Shown in pieces: positions 24,581-37,700 of a stretch of 64,000 bases of DNA. The position numbers and the translations under genes are program-made. This DNA is from Nemertoderma westbladi (taxonomy: Eukaryota > Animalia > Xenacoelomorpha), in contig JAUCBJ010007430.1 of assembly GCA_032718475.1 (NCBI GenBank), positions 61,880 to 125,879 of the forward strand. Reading direction: 5' to 3'. A model generated the notes under the pieces. It saw only the letters and a program-made list of their open reading frames with translations, had not been told where the DNA came from and did not search any database. Positions within the stretch are counted from its first letter, which is position 1. Every line of letters begins with the position of its first letter.

Positions 24581-27500
24581 TTAGTCTTTCTTGCGTGGAC
24601 GGCGTTTACGCAGTTTTTTAAAGCTAGCCAGAGTCCTTTTCTCTTTGGGGCGAGCCACTTTACAAGGAGGGCTATAACTCCTGGGTGAAGGGTGCAATAT
24701 GATTGCATCAGAGGGTGTAGGATTATGGTCGGTGTATCCGCCAGTCGAAGTACCGGGTTGATTGACATCATCGTCAGGGGAGAGAGGTCTAACGGCTTTG
24801 AGAGCTCGTTTCAAGACAGCCGCTCTTACGGGTCCTTTACGAGTGGTCTGAACGAGGGCCGTGGGTGGACCATAGGCAGTTAGAAACCTCCGGGGTTTAA
24901 TGGTCCTTTCCAACTCGCGTTCGCGGGCTCGGTATTCGTAAGGCCGTCGATATACTTCCTGTAACTCGGGGTGTGAGTTAACAAACAAGTCTCCATAGTC
25001 CGGATCCTGACGGATATAATTGATTAAGTTATAGGAATGAAGGTCGCTAGGATTAACACTCCTGAGAAATTTGCGTACGAATTTGGTTGAAATACATTCT
25101 CCGACGCGCTTCAGTAGCTCGTAACTTGATATGCGTGATTTCTGTTCAACCGAAGCGAATAGATAAGGATGGAATGCATAAACTCCTTCGTAAGCGTGTC
25201 TGGGATAATAGCGATGGCGCGAATCACAATGTAAATCAGCGTTCGCTTCCCAAACTCTGATGTAACGTAGTGTGATCATTTCATCTACGCTTTCCAAATC
25301 GTGATTAAAAGGGCAATCGAAACTGGCATGTCCCTTTAGTTGACAATGGTGACATTGAGTCATAAATTGAGGGCAAACTGCAAAAATATGCAAGTTATTG
25401 AGTCTGCAATATGCGCAATAAATTTCCATAGTCGGTTGTTCTTGGAAATAGGAACAGCGGACGTTGGTGTCCATGGGCGTATCGTGGTCTCTCGATGCGC
25501 ATAACCGACAACGTTGCCTAGAAACATAGTTGGCATGTCGATAATCGTACGCAGTGAGACACTGTGGACCTTGATACCATTCTATGATGTAATCGTTGTC
25601 GCTGTTCCGGGGCGCGATAGGCTGAATCTCTTCAGATTCTAGACATATTGGTTCGTCTTCCAAGTGCATAGCTGAAGTGGGCGCGTCTGTCTCTTCAGGT
25701 GGACCTATTGTCTGAATTTCCACGACAGAATAACCTGTGGGGATTCGAGGTCTTTGTATAACAGAGGAGTGCAAGTTCGATATACAAACTTCTTGGAAAA
25801 CGGCGAATCCAGCGCTATCCAACTTCTCTGCAGCTGAGTTTCTTAGGCTGAGCTTGGTCAAAGCGCGGTCTTTAAATTGGCTATCCACGTTGCAGAACGG
25901 GGTTAAAAATCGCCGGAAACATTCGAAACGGATGAATTTATTATGTTCATCTAGCTTAGCGAGTTTGGTCCCAAGTATTAATGGATGGGCGCGTATAGTA
26001 CGACTGCACACATCGGCTAGCCAACCGGCAAGTGCGGTGTTTTCAAAGATCGTGTATATAGCTAAGGAGGGACGGAGTGGAACACTCATGAAGCTATACA
26101 CGGCGCCAGGTGCGGTCAATGGTCCATCAAAGTATAATCGAGAATAATGGTCTCCGTATACTTGTTGATAGTTAATGGGATTTCCGACTTTGAAATTCCA
26201 TCCGTATTCCTGAAAGGCAAGATGTCCGATGGAAGTTCGTTGCACCTTTGTAATGTTGCTAGGCGTATTAGCATACATAGTGCGGAAGAAACCTCGACCT
26301 TCTGCCCAGGGAGCAATCAGCTGAGTATCAACGAAAGGGTATGGAATGTTCTCCATATTCCGAAAGTCGTTTTGGAGATCTCCATAAACAGCTGACCCGA
26401 TTTTAAGGATTCTTTCGTTGAACAACATCTCGAGTACGGGCTGGGGTAACATCGATCCATCGATGCCCATGGCCGGTTTGCGTTCGGTGTCAATGACGTA
26501 ACGCTGCGCGAGTTCGAATTGTCCATGTCGGAGATTCTTTTGTGTTTCGGTGAGAGTTTCAAAAGAATAATCAATCACGTCGGAACACGCTCGAGTAAAC
26601 ACGTGGGTAGAACCAGCTAATCCGCATATGTGGATCATGCGCGTAGTTCCTAGTTCTCCGACCGGAACGCTACCTTCATTATCGTAGGTGACAACTCCAT
26701 ACATCTCAATAACATTAAGAGTTTCATTCCACTCCTTGGTGGCGTTCTCTAGGGTCATCCCTACTGGATGCCACAAGGTGGCGCATTGGTTAGCGTCAGG
26801 GAGATCACTATACTTCATATGCCGAGTGGTATACGTCTCCACATTTCCATATCTTTGTATTTTCTCTTCTTCAAATAATACATCTAGATTCCAATGGACT
26901 AATCGAGTTTTAATAAATCCATCGAGATTATAAGGAGGTTCTATATCTTTCTCGATTCGAGAAATGTTATATGGTTTTCTAAATGAGTTTACCTTTACTA
27001 ACTGATCCAGATGTTTCTGCAATTGTTCGAGTTCGACAATGTCTAGAGGGTTTATTAGTGGTAGAAACTTTAAATTATGTGTCGGGTCCTCTGGTTTTAC
27101 CATATAATATTGAGTCAGATTAACGTAATAAGGGTGGTCTTTAATCCCATAAAACGAGTTCTGTAAAGGTCTAGCGCGTATGTTGACATCGTGTACCATA
27201 CGACGGACAAGATCCGCACGATTGTCCGGAGGTTCAACGAGTATACCGTCAACACGAGCGGCCTCGATCGGCGGACGCTGTAACATAGGGGCGTCAGCGA
27301 TAAGATTTTGCGATCCTGTACTGATATCAACCGGTTGAGGTTGTATCGTCGCGAAGAGCTTGTCCCCGAAATGTGGAATCATCGAGGGATGATGAATGGT
27401 TTTAGAGTAGAGGTCCGTCATGAGGATTTGAGCTTCCGGTTGGGCTAAAGCGGCTTCTTCTCTCTCTTCCAGTTTCGTGTGTTTCTCTTCGAGTAGATTT

Positions 27501-28515
27501 TCTTCCGCTTGTCTCTGTAAGCGTTCATCTAAAAATTCTTGTAGAGAATACGTGCGTCCAAGCTCGATGTCTTCCTCGAGGTTTTGGATTTCTCTATCGA
27601 ACTGTGGCAAGGCTAACTCCTTCACCGATTGGACTTGTTGTTGTAATTTACGTTTCTCTAAACAATCTTGTGTTCCCTTTCCGATTTTCTGTCGAATGGC
27701 GTCTAAAGCGTTTCTTATAACGCTCTCCTCGACTTCCGTGGCGGGTTGCATCGGGTTTAATCCTGGACGATTGTAAGGATCAAAGGGCGATATTAGCTGC
27801 CCGCGTCCCAATCCGGCTAAGTAGGATGGGCGGATGTCTAACGAACCCACTACCGGAGCACCACCGATTAATTGTTCGGGTAACACTAAGTCTTTGAACA
27901 GGGAATATAGTTCGGGAGGATCAGTGATACTGTTAGGATCAAGAGTTTGAGGTCTCACTAGGGAATGAGGAGGCCTGACCGAGTATTCCGGAACTCTGAT
28001 CATGGGTTTATTCAGTGATCGTTTAAGACGAGCGATCGCGGGTGGTATGTCGAACAGGTTTCGCTCGAAACTCCCGTAAGTGTAACGCGTAAAACTATGT
28101 TTAGCGCAACGTCTCCGCGGATGTTTGTGTCTTTCAGTTTGTTGGTTGGGTCTAGGGCATTCGTCACAATAATACCAAAGACGTACGTCCTGTAGAGGAA
28201 ACGCGGGTGAACGTTCTCCAGTTTTGCAATATTCTTCCATTTGTTCAAAACTATCCGGGATCACAGGTAGTGGACGATCGGCGGTAAGATACATCATAGT
28301 GAAATAGAGCCGTTTGAGTTCTACGACAGGGTCGTGATGTATACCTTGAGGATATCGAGTCTCTAAGTTCTGCTGACTAGCGATGTTGAGATAGGTTTCT
28401 CTCAAAAATTCTAGGTATTCGTTGAAGTCGATGCGTTTATCCGGTTCTTCAACGTTTTCTCTTTCCAGTCTATTACGAATAGAATTTTCGTGATCTATTC
28501 TCGGTTTATCATTAC
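24581..28515 (-). pseudogene. ORF2 of family B, 5'-truncated by the duplication junction but open for ~1310 codons
   Basis: 1320-aa ORF in the track (first ~9 residues come from junction sequence). Motifs TYDNEG, LPQPVLEMLFNERILKIGSAVYGDL, FVDT, PLRPSLAIYTIFEN, CHHCQLKGHASFDC. Confidence 0.85.
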
Positions 28516-28528
28516 TGTGAATTAGCTG

Positions 28529-30321
28529 TGAATCACAGCTCAAATGGAGAGGATGCGTGTATTGGGCTATTACGTCACCTCCAAGAGCAGTCCTACAATA
28601 TTATTTAGCAATAGAGTCGTCAGTGAATGTTTGCTTAATCGCCGACATTGTGTCTCGGACTCTCAAAAGACATCCACTTTGTCTCGGAGAAGATCATACG
28701 TTCTACATGGAAGGGAGAATTCATACCGACGTGTTTAGACGATTTCTTGAACCCTTCTACAACTCCGACGCTCAGTGAAATGCCTTTACTCGAGCAGGAT
28801 TTAGTATATTTCGAGACGTGTATCTTCGCTGTGCGGGATCTCTTATCGAAAGGCCATCTATGTTTACATTGTTACTCTATGAAGGAGAACGTATCGTGGA
28901 GATTACGGATGAATCACGGCAGACGCGCGCGCCTATCGGTGATGATTTCGAAGTAACTACTACGATCACTGACGATCCTTTAGAGGAACTTCTTGAGATA
29001 GAAAGGAACCTCCCGAAGAAATCTCATACAGAGATTCGACAACTTGAAGCAACAGATGCTGTAGTTTGTATACAACCTTCAGAAACCTACCAACCCATAG
29101 ATCCAGATGATTATGATTATAGTGTGGGAGGAAGCGCTCGACCAATTGGAGATCTTATATATGAACGAGTGTGGTACCCTGCCAATACGATGTGTGGTAA
29201 ATGTGGCGTCGCTGGACATCATTTGACCAAGTGCAGTGGAAAGCACATTACTACGACTCAACTAATCTGTGGATGGTGTGGAGATCAAGGGTCTCATACC
29301 TTTTATACTTGCTGGAGATTTATGGCTCAATATACTTATTGCAATATAAAAGGGCATCGAGCATCTGAATGCCAACTAAGAGACATACCTTATGAACACG
29401 AATCTGTAAAACTCGTGAGAAAACTATTTGATGAGTGGGAAGATTTAGCCGACGAACACGTATCGGCACAAAGAAGACGATTTCCGATGAGGGCGCATCT
29501 CGGATTTTGGGCGGTAAATCCCCAAACGATGATGTCGGAAGGATACATCTCCGCTATGCCCCAATATGACGAGCTTATCAGTAGTCGATATTTTGCCTCA
29601 CGACAGTGGATTCCGAGTGGTGCACGAGTATCTATTACAGATTCACCCAGACAACAAGAACACGTGGAATTTTCAGAAAGTCGTAAATCGTATCACGTAT
29701 GGTGAATTTTATCGTTTCTGAACTGAAAAGCGGAATAAGGGAGCTTGGTTAACCGTCGCATGGGCATACCGGGCCGCGTTTTACCACAAACGTATACGAG
29801 CGAGCGTATTCGAGGAAGAGGAGATCCTAGAGGCGACAAATATACCAGCCACTCCGGTTGCGCCGTCTGCACGTCACCCTCGGGAGGACGGACAGGGTAG
29901 GATCATAAGGGTCCAGAAAGTTAGCCAACAATTAAAGAAGTCTATTAATATAGAAGAACGCAAGGGAGTTGAGCCGACCATTCGAATTACTCGGGATACG
30001 GTATCGCTTCCTAGAGAACCAACAGGAGGATCGGGACATACACCAGCTGATCCAAAGGGGGCGCAAGCTACTCTTGGGTCTGCGTCATCCGCTTCCCGCG
30101 CGTTCCCAGACGTTCTACCAACTGTAGTGACAACTGATCGGTCACGAGGAATCGGACGAGGATTCGGGATACCTAATAGACGAATTTGTGAGGAAACGGT
30201 CGCACCGTCTCTCAACGTCCAAGCGAAACCAGTGACTCGCCCCACGAGTCCCATATCGCGAGCAAAGTCACCTGTGCACAGTTTTCGAGGACGCGGCAGG
30301 GCTCGATCCACTAAGCGATAA
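28529..30321 (+). pseudogene. Duplicated 3' half of element A ORF2
   Basis: Copy of 19822-21623 with an added frameshift near 28778 and a 9-bp deletion. Confidence 0.9.
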
Positions 30322-31112
30322 AAGGGAGGGCAAGGGTGGACAGAAGACTCGTGAGCCTTTCTTGTGAATTTGCGATTTATTTGAATTATATGTTTTATAT
30401 TTAATTAGTAAGTTTTGTATTCTGGAAGAACTCATATTTAGTAAGATTTATATTCAGTAAGAATTTATATTTTGCAAGATTTATATTTTATATTTGTGTT
30501 TATTCCGAACTTATGTAATTTATATTGTTCCGAATACTATGCAATTTATATCTTATAAGCAGTATTTGTATTTACAGTGAAATAGAAAGTAAGAGTAGAT
30601 GGAAGACTCGTGGGCCTTTCTTATAGTTTCATTTGTAAAGTGTTATATTTGTATTTAGAAAGTTTTATAGTTAGAAAGTTTTGTACTTAGAAAGACTCAT
30701 ATTTGTAATTATTCCGAACTTATGCAATCTACATTTAGGCACGAAAGTATTTGTAATTATTTGAATTTATGCAATATTTGAGATGCAATAGTAGATGGAA
30801 GACTCGCGAGCCTTTCTTATGATTTTCATTTATTTGTATTTGTAATTGTTTGAACTTATGCAATATTGAGATGCAATAGATTTATATTGGTGAATTTAAT
30901 TTAGATTTATATTGTACTTACTTAGTAAAGCCTTAAATATGTAAAGTTTGAATTTGTAATTATTTTGTATCGAATCATTATGTAGAAAGGAAGCATTGCT
31001 TGAAATTTAATTTGTAAATATGTAAGTACGCCCTAAGTATTCTATAATTTGATTGATTATTGGTGAAAACCGTATATTTTATGCACGACAATATCCTGTT
31101 TTCATGGAGCGG

Positions 31113-31287
31113 TATAGAATTATATTCCCCAAATGCCGTGGATTTTCAAAATTTTTATTTTATTCGAATTAACTTTGCTAAAGATTACATTAAGTCCTCA
31201 TTTGTATTTGCTATATCTATTGTACTGTATTGTATTGTATCTATTGTATTGCTTTCTATTGTACGATGATTAGTCAAGTGGTTCAGT
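31113..31287 (+). repeat. Duplicated A 3' LTR, left part (continues at 43929-44581)
   Basis: Matches 22415-22589; interrupted at TCAGT by element B'. Confidence 0.92.
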
Positions 31288-32474
31288 TGTAAAAGCTTTT
31301 GTGGGATAACTGATTCGTTTGCCTTGCTAACCAGTTCCCCCCCAGTCGCTGAATACTCTAAAAGGGGATCTATAACTCGAATAGCGCAAGCTACCAGCTT
31401 ATTGGCTGATTTGCTGTACGCAGGTATCTGGGCTCTGTTTAATCGGCCAACCAGCCTAGGAAGGTTGCGTCATAGCCTTGTTTTTGTATCTCCCAATAGA
31501 ATTTGAGTTAGCCTTGATTTTGACCTATCACAGAGCTACTGAACTGAAATTTTCCTATCTCACTGCTCTTTCTCTGTGTTGAACGGGAGCTTCGTGGAAT
31601 AAGGGTAGTTGGTATCCTCGTATAGAGGGTAGTCACGAGTTTTTCAAAGCCACGAAAGAACGGCTTTGTAGTGTTTTGTGCTTTCTGCTTTTTAGCTCAA
31701 CACTAGTAGGTTTAATTATAAGGACATATATCCTTTAACTGGCGGCTGTGAATATCACACGGCTTTTAATAACTGCTGCTAAAAATTACCTGCTCAATCA
31801 ATACTGTATACTGCTATTTGTTGTCGGTTATTCATTATATTGGTTGATGAATTATTATATTGGAATAACGAGAAATAACCCCGAAAACCCAATATTCTTG
31901 ATATACCTAAGGTAAGAGAGAAAGGTTACCAATAACGATTGTGACTTATGTTAAAGTGGTTTGAAGTGAATCTAATGTAATTTGATAGACCCTACATGAG
32001 TCAGTCTGTGTTCCTTTTATATGTGACTAAAATCAGTGAAGATTGGCAGATTAGTGTGCAGTATTGTGCAGCATTGTGTATGAGTGAGTCTGTTAAAGAA
32101 GCAATTCCTAAAGAATGCGCCATATATGTGAATTATAATTAAGCCATATCGTTGTGAGTAGTTTAAGTCATAACTCTGTTTATATAGATAAAGCGCCACG
32201 TCTTAAAGGAACTGTTAATATTCCCGAAGGTGAATAATATTGTCAGAGATTATATAATACTGTCAGTCGAATAATACATTAGGCTTACATAGCAATAAAA
32301 TTAAACCGTCGAACCCAATCTCCCGGGAATATCCAGCGGGTGAATGATCGCGCACAGATTGGTTTCGACTAGTGTAGTGAATCAAATACTTGTCATAGGC
32401 TAAAAAGCGATTTAATATCTAGAAGACATCTTAATTTGGCGGATTAAACTGCCAAAGGTCTGAAAGCGCGAACA
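31288..32474 (+). repeat. 5' LTR of B'
   Basis: TGTAAAAGC...GCGCGAACA; direct repeat of 42742-43928. Confidence 0.96.
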
Positions 32475-32486
32475 TTAAAGGATATA
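32475..32486 (+). promoter_or_regulatory. Non-tRNA primer-binding site of B' (TTAAAGGATATA), complementary to LTR 31727-31738
   Basis: Starts at the first base after the LTR; no TGG; 12/12 complementarity to TATATCCTTTAA. Confidence 0.75.
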
Positions 32487-32542
32487 GCTTCTTTATTGCA
32501 GTAAGCAATAAAGTTGAAAATACCGGTCAACCGGTAAACTTG

Positions 32543-33415
32543 AACCGGTACTTCTGTAGGTCAGTAGGCCCAACTGCAAGAACCTGTACTGCTGTAGGCC
32601 CGTAGGTCCAACTGCCAGAACCGGTACTTCTGTAGGTCCGTAGGCCTAACTGTCCTAACCGGTACTTCCCGTATAAGTACATTAGTATTATTCGATTTGA
32701 TTGTTGTATACCGGTAGGTCTTAGTACTTAATCAGGGAACGGCCGCCCTGGTTTTTTATTGAGATTTTACTTATTTCTGTCAAGTTTTATTTGTTTGTAG
32801 GCCAGTATTGAACAGAAGAAGTGTAAGCCTGATAAGATTGTGCAGACAATTTGTAGGCTGAGCTGTTGTCTGATTGCTGTTAAGTCTGAACGGATTGCAG
32901 TGTGTGTAGATCACCTGTCCGATAAAGAACGGTTAGGAAGTAGGGGCAGCGAACGCTGTAAGGTAAACCCCCAATTAAAGAATAAGTCGTACTACTGGGT
33001 TAGAACGCATACTACCTAATTATTTCGGAGTCTGCATGTCCTGTAGTTTATTTAGGCTTGAGAGTAGTCTGTCATCGTTTAGTCTGTACTTTGTTTGTGT
33101 AAGTCTGTACGGGTAGCGTATAATTTTATTTAGATAATTTGTAGGCTGGATAGTTGTCTGGCTGTTATTAGGTCTGAACGGATTGCAGCGTGTGTAGATC
33201 ACTTGTCCGATAAAGAACGGTTAGGAAGTAGGGGCAGCGAACGCTGTAAGGTAAACCCCCAACTAAAGAATAAGTCGTACTACTGGGTTAGAACGCATAC
33301 TACCTAATTATTTCGGAGTCTGCATATACCGTAGTTTGTTTAGGCTTGATAGTAGTCTGTCAGTGTTCGGTCTGCATTTTGTTTGAGTAGTTTGTACGCG
33401 TAGCGTAATATTTAT
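32543..33415 (+). repeat. 5'UTR repeats of B': 38-bp unit x~3.3 (32543-32668) and ~288-bp unit x2
   Basis: Read directly; the same arrangement is present in B at ~61995-62121 and ~61260-61820. Confidence 0.85.
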
Positions 33416-34724
33416 TATTCAGAGTTTATGCGATTATTCGCAACATTCATTCCCCAAGTTTGTTCCTACAGTAATTGTGTTTGTTATACATACCGCTATA
33501 GTTAAATTAACCCCGGTACTACACGGGCTGCTTGGCGTAGGTAAAGACTGGTGATTTTGTGCATCGGTCACTCCAGCAGATGCCGTGGTTCTTTTAGCTG
33601 TTCAAGTATATTTAACTACTGATTATCTGTTGTACAAGTACTCGTACCTAATTTAGGGTTTAGTGTACAGTACTTTCCGAAGTAATTAGTGTAGACATTA
33701 TATTTGTGTTGTAAAGTGGTTGATAGGCACGTTCGATTAGCTCTATTAACTTCTAGGTAGGAACACTCCGTGATACATAACGTAGAACCTATAGCGATAC
33801 GGCTATAGGTCGTCAGGCGGTGGTATTTTCCTATCTGGACAACGCAGTGTACTTACTACTACTTATTATTTCAAATACCGTAGTACCCTGTCCGTTGTAA
33901 TAACCAGATTCTAACCCTTTGTTAGGCTGGTTTGTAGACTTCTTGTAAAATCACCCTAAAAATTCGTATTTTGTGTTTTTTGTAAATTTTTGTGTTTATT
34001 TAGAGATTGTAATCTCAACCCGAATTGTACGTAATTTGTAGTATTAAGTAACTTAGGTAAATTAGAATTATTTGTTTTAGTGTCCTATAAGTAACACTTC
34101 ACTGAAAGCGCACCGCTTTGTGTAGTGATTACCCCCAGAAATAATAACATTTATTTCAAACATTGACAAAACCCATTAAAACGGGTATATATATATTATA
34201 AATCAAATCTAACGATTTATAAATATTAGGCCTACCATACAACCATTAGGTCTCAATATCAGTTGGATTACTGCTCAAATAACGGTAGTAAAGTAAGTAA
34301 AGTAACCAAGTAACCCTAAAAATTCAGAAATTCAATTATTTAAAGTAATTGATATACCGGTATTTACGATAGGCCTATTATCTTTATTTCTATAAATTTA
34401 GGCTAAAATTATACCGGTACTTGTAATTAATTCTAGTCCAGAATTATATATACTACAAACTGTAAGCTGTATACCGGTATTCCCGATAGGCCTATTATAT
34501 ATTTATATATATTTGTGCTAAATTTATACCGGTATTCGGTGATAAACCTAGTCTGTAATAATAGTTATATATACTATAAGCATACCGGTATTCTAATATA
34601 TTATATATCACGCTACACTGAGTGGCAGTACCGGTAATTAATTACTAGGCTAACAGTTAATACTGAGTTACTAGACTTGCTCAGACTGTGATACAGCAGT
34701 AGACATTCAACTGTATACATAAAC

Positions 34725-37700
34725 ATGTCTGATACTAAGCAGAACCTGTCAGACAGTATATTAGATGTAACTATCTGCGACTCAGATAGAGGCGTAGAAC
34801 CTTCTAGTCGTAAGTTCAGTTCACCTCCCACTGTGAGGAAAGCCATCCCTCCAGTAGTAATAAAAGAACCTAGGCTGGTCCAACATCGTAGGTCTATCAT
34901 AGGCACTCGAGCTCAGGTCAAACGGGACCAAGAAGCAGCGGAACAGCAACAACCCGCGAGCCAAGAACTTACTTCTCAACAGCCCGATAGCTCCAGTAGT
35001 GAAGATACGGTAGAACTGACACCCGAACGCGGAGCAAGGATGATGGATGAGGCTTATTCAGATCCCCTTCTCATCCTTCCTGCAGCCGTACTCACTAGGT
35101 TATTGATCGCTGTGGAAGAACACCAGATCGATTGGGCGAGAAGCCAGCGTTCAACTAGAGATAGTTATGCGGGATACACGAGTGAAGAACTGAAGTCTAT
35201 TGTCGAGTCGCAATGGAACTTCCCCGGACCCGGACTCCCGTTTGATTTATCAGAAGCTGCCTGGGAAGACATACACCGGATGGGAGTAGCCAAGGAAACC
35301 ATCGATCCAGCTGTGTGGAAGAGGTCCGCAGCCGGATACGCACAGGGATTCTTCAGCTCTATAGAGCGATTAAAAGAACAACTGTTTCATCAACCTCAAG
35401 GACCTCAAGAGCAGGGATTGCTGCTTTATCAAGTTAGAGAAAGAATTCTACGAATCAGGCTAATCTTATCGGCCTTTGAGGAGGCTTCTAAACGAAGACA
35501 AGACACGTCGTTGCAAGTCGCCGTCAAGACTTGGTTTCAAAGGGTGAATCTCCAGGTTCAAGGAACTGCTCAGTGGAAAGCTCAGCTAGAGGAGCGATCA
35601 ACCCATGGAGAATCAACAGACGCCACTTTTTCCCAAGTGGAAAGTGAAGCGACGGCAGAGAAACGGCATAAGAGGGATGCCATTGACATCTATCTGTCAG
35701 ACTATCAACGTTTTTTAGGTGATGACGAGTTGAGGAGAAGGTTAGAGGGACTTAGCCCTAATAGTGAAGGAACCAAGCTTGTGTTGGATGCCATCGATGT
35801 GGAAATGAGGGCTGCGAATCAGGCTAAATTTGATGAACAACTCCGCCTGACACGAGTCCAAGAAGAACATGTAAAGAAAAAACGTATAGAAGATAGAAAG
35901 ACAGCAGCAGCGGCAGTGGCAGCGGCAGAAGCGGATAGAAAAGCGGCAGAGGCAGCGGCAGAGGCAAAAGCGGCAGCGGCAGAGGCAGCGGCAGAGGCAA
36001 AAGCGGCAGCGGCAGAGGCAAAAGCGGTAGCTGCGGCCGAAGCGGAAAGAAAAATAGCAGTAGCAGAAGCAGAACGGAGGGCGGCTGAAGAAACCATCCA
36101 ATTAGAATTGGAAAACATTCAGGAGAATCAAGACTGCATAAATAAACAGTTAACAGCTAGTAATATGCAGATGATGAATCGATCTACTCCCAAAAGACAG
36201 GGATATACATCATCTGAGGAAGGCGATACCACCGATACTGAAGGCAAAGGAAATAGGTCTCGTTTAAGCAGACGTAAAAGAACATTCCACCGTCAGAAAT
36301 TGCCTGATTTGCCTCCAGCTGTTAGAAGGCAACTAAATAACACCAACTTAGGTAGTACAGAGCCCACAGACCAAATAATTAAAATAGAAAGACTCCCTAC
36401 TATAGTAGATGAGCCTGAAATAATTAGGCCTGTTCTTGAAATCACCCCTTCGGTGATAGACACACCTGTGCTCCCTGAAGCCACCTCTAAATTCCCTCTA
36501 CATAGCACTAAGCTACCTGTGCCCAGTAGAACTGCCCAGGAGACAGTTCAGGTCCTGGACCCCGAGCGAAATATTCCAGATTTGTCGCCCGTTGTCCCTC
36601 GTCCGCCCGCTACAACGTTGGCGACTCCCGCTTCGGCGGTCGAATGGGTGGACGAGAGACGACGGGGGATGGATCTCCTGCTCGGACAGATGCAGGAGAC
36701 AGTTCTACAATTCAAAGGCACAGTAAGGGAAAGTAGGCTAGAGTTGCAAGAAGTGCAGCAAAGTATTGCGCTAGAACGCGATAAATTAGTAAATTTACAA
36801 AAGGGTATATCAACACCCCCTGTAACAATGTGTCAACCCGTTAGGTCTGAAGTATCCCATGCGCAAGGTGTGGAGCCTACACGCATCTATACTGCTAGCG
36901 AAGTAGAAACTCCTATAGTGAACCCTATTAAGGGTAATTATAGACCTGTTGATAATGATATTCCATATAGAACTGATCATAATCCGAGAAATTTATATAC
37001 CGATAACTCGATATTAAATAACACGATGGCCCAAGAAAGTTTTACGCGTCAAATGGCTAGAACCGAAGCCCGGCAAGCGGTGAAGGTGGGAGAGATCGTC
37101 AAGTTCAATGGAGATGAGATGAAATGGTTACCTTTTAATGAATATTACAAAGATAACATACAGAACTCTGTGCTATCTAATGGAGAGAAACTTAGATTCC
37201 TCATCGAGTGCTTGGAAGGATCTCCCAAGTCAATGGCGTTAAAATTTATTGGACATCCAGATGGATTAAGACAAGTTTGGGATACACTAAACATCAGGTA
37301 TGGTAATAGGACTAACATAGCTAGGTATTTATATGCGAAATTAATGGCGCCCCGAAAGTTTCTTAGCAGCGGGATTATAGAGTTTTCCGATGAGATTCAG
37401 GAGATCTGTAGACAACTAGATTGGTTAGGTAAGTCTCATGAATACCAGAATTCTATGGTTGTAGGAGCCTTAGCATCTACTTTGCCCAAGGGTGGAGTAG
37501 GTACACGCTGGGACAAGAAGGTGTTATATATGATGGAACAACAACAACGAGACCCTACCATGGCTGATCTCATGTCATTCTTAGATGGAGAAGTGAAATT
37601 ACAGCTCCTAAGACAGTCCAGAGAGAAGACACTGGAAAACAAGGTAAGTGAGAAACCCGTCTCCAGAAGAAAGGTAACACCAGTGTGTTATACCGACGAC

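Larger units (their letters stand above)
19822..28515 (+). repeat. First unit of an ~8.7-kb tandem segmental duplication (second unit 28529-31287 plus 43934-49864)
   Basis: Near-identical sequence covering the A ORF2 3' half, A 3' LTR, B 3' LTR and B ORF2; junction with 13-nt filler at 28516-28528. Confidence 0.93.

Noticed and set aside
28516-28543. Start codon of the 1320-aa ORF as a real N-terminus
   Set aside because: It lies in junction filler and A-derived sequence; the true start is at 50183 in the other copy.
35742-36118. Short antisense ORFs rich in Cys, Leu-Pro or Ala (also 58508-58966 and many other small ORFs in the track)
   Set aside because: Shadow frames of low-complexity gag repeats or LTR/UTR sequence with no independent coding evidence.
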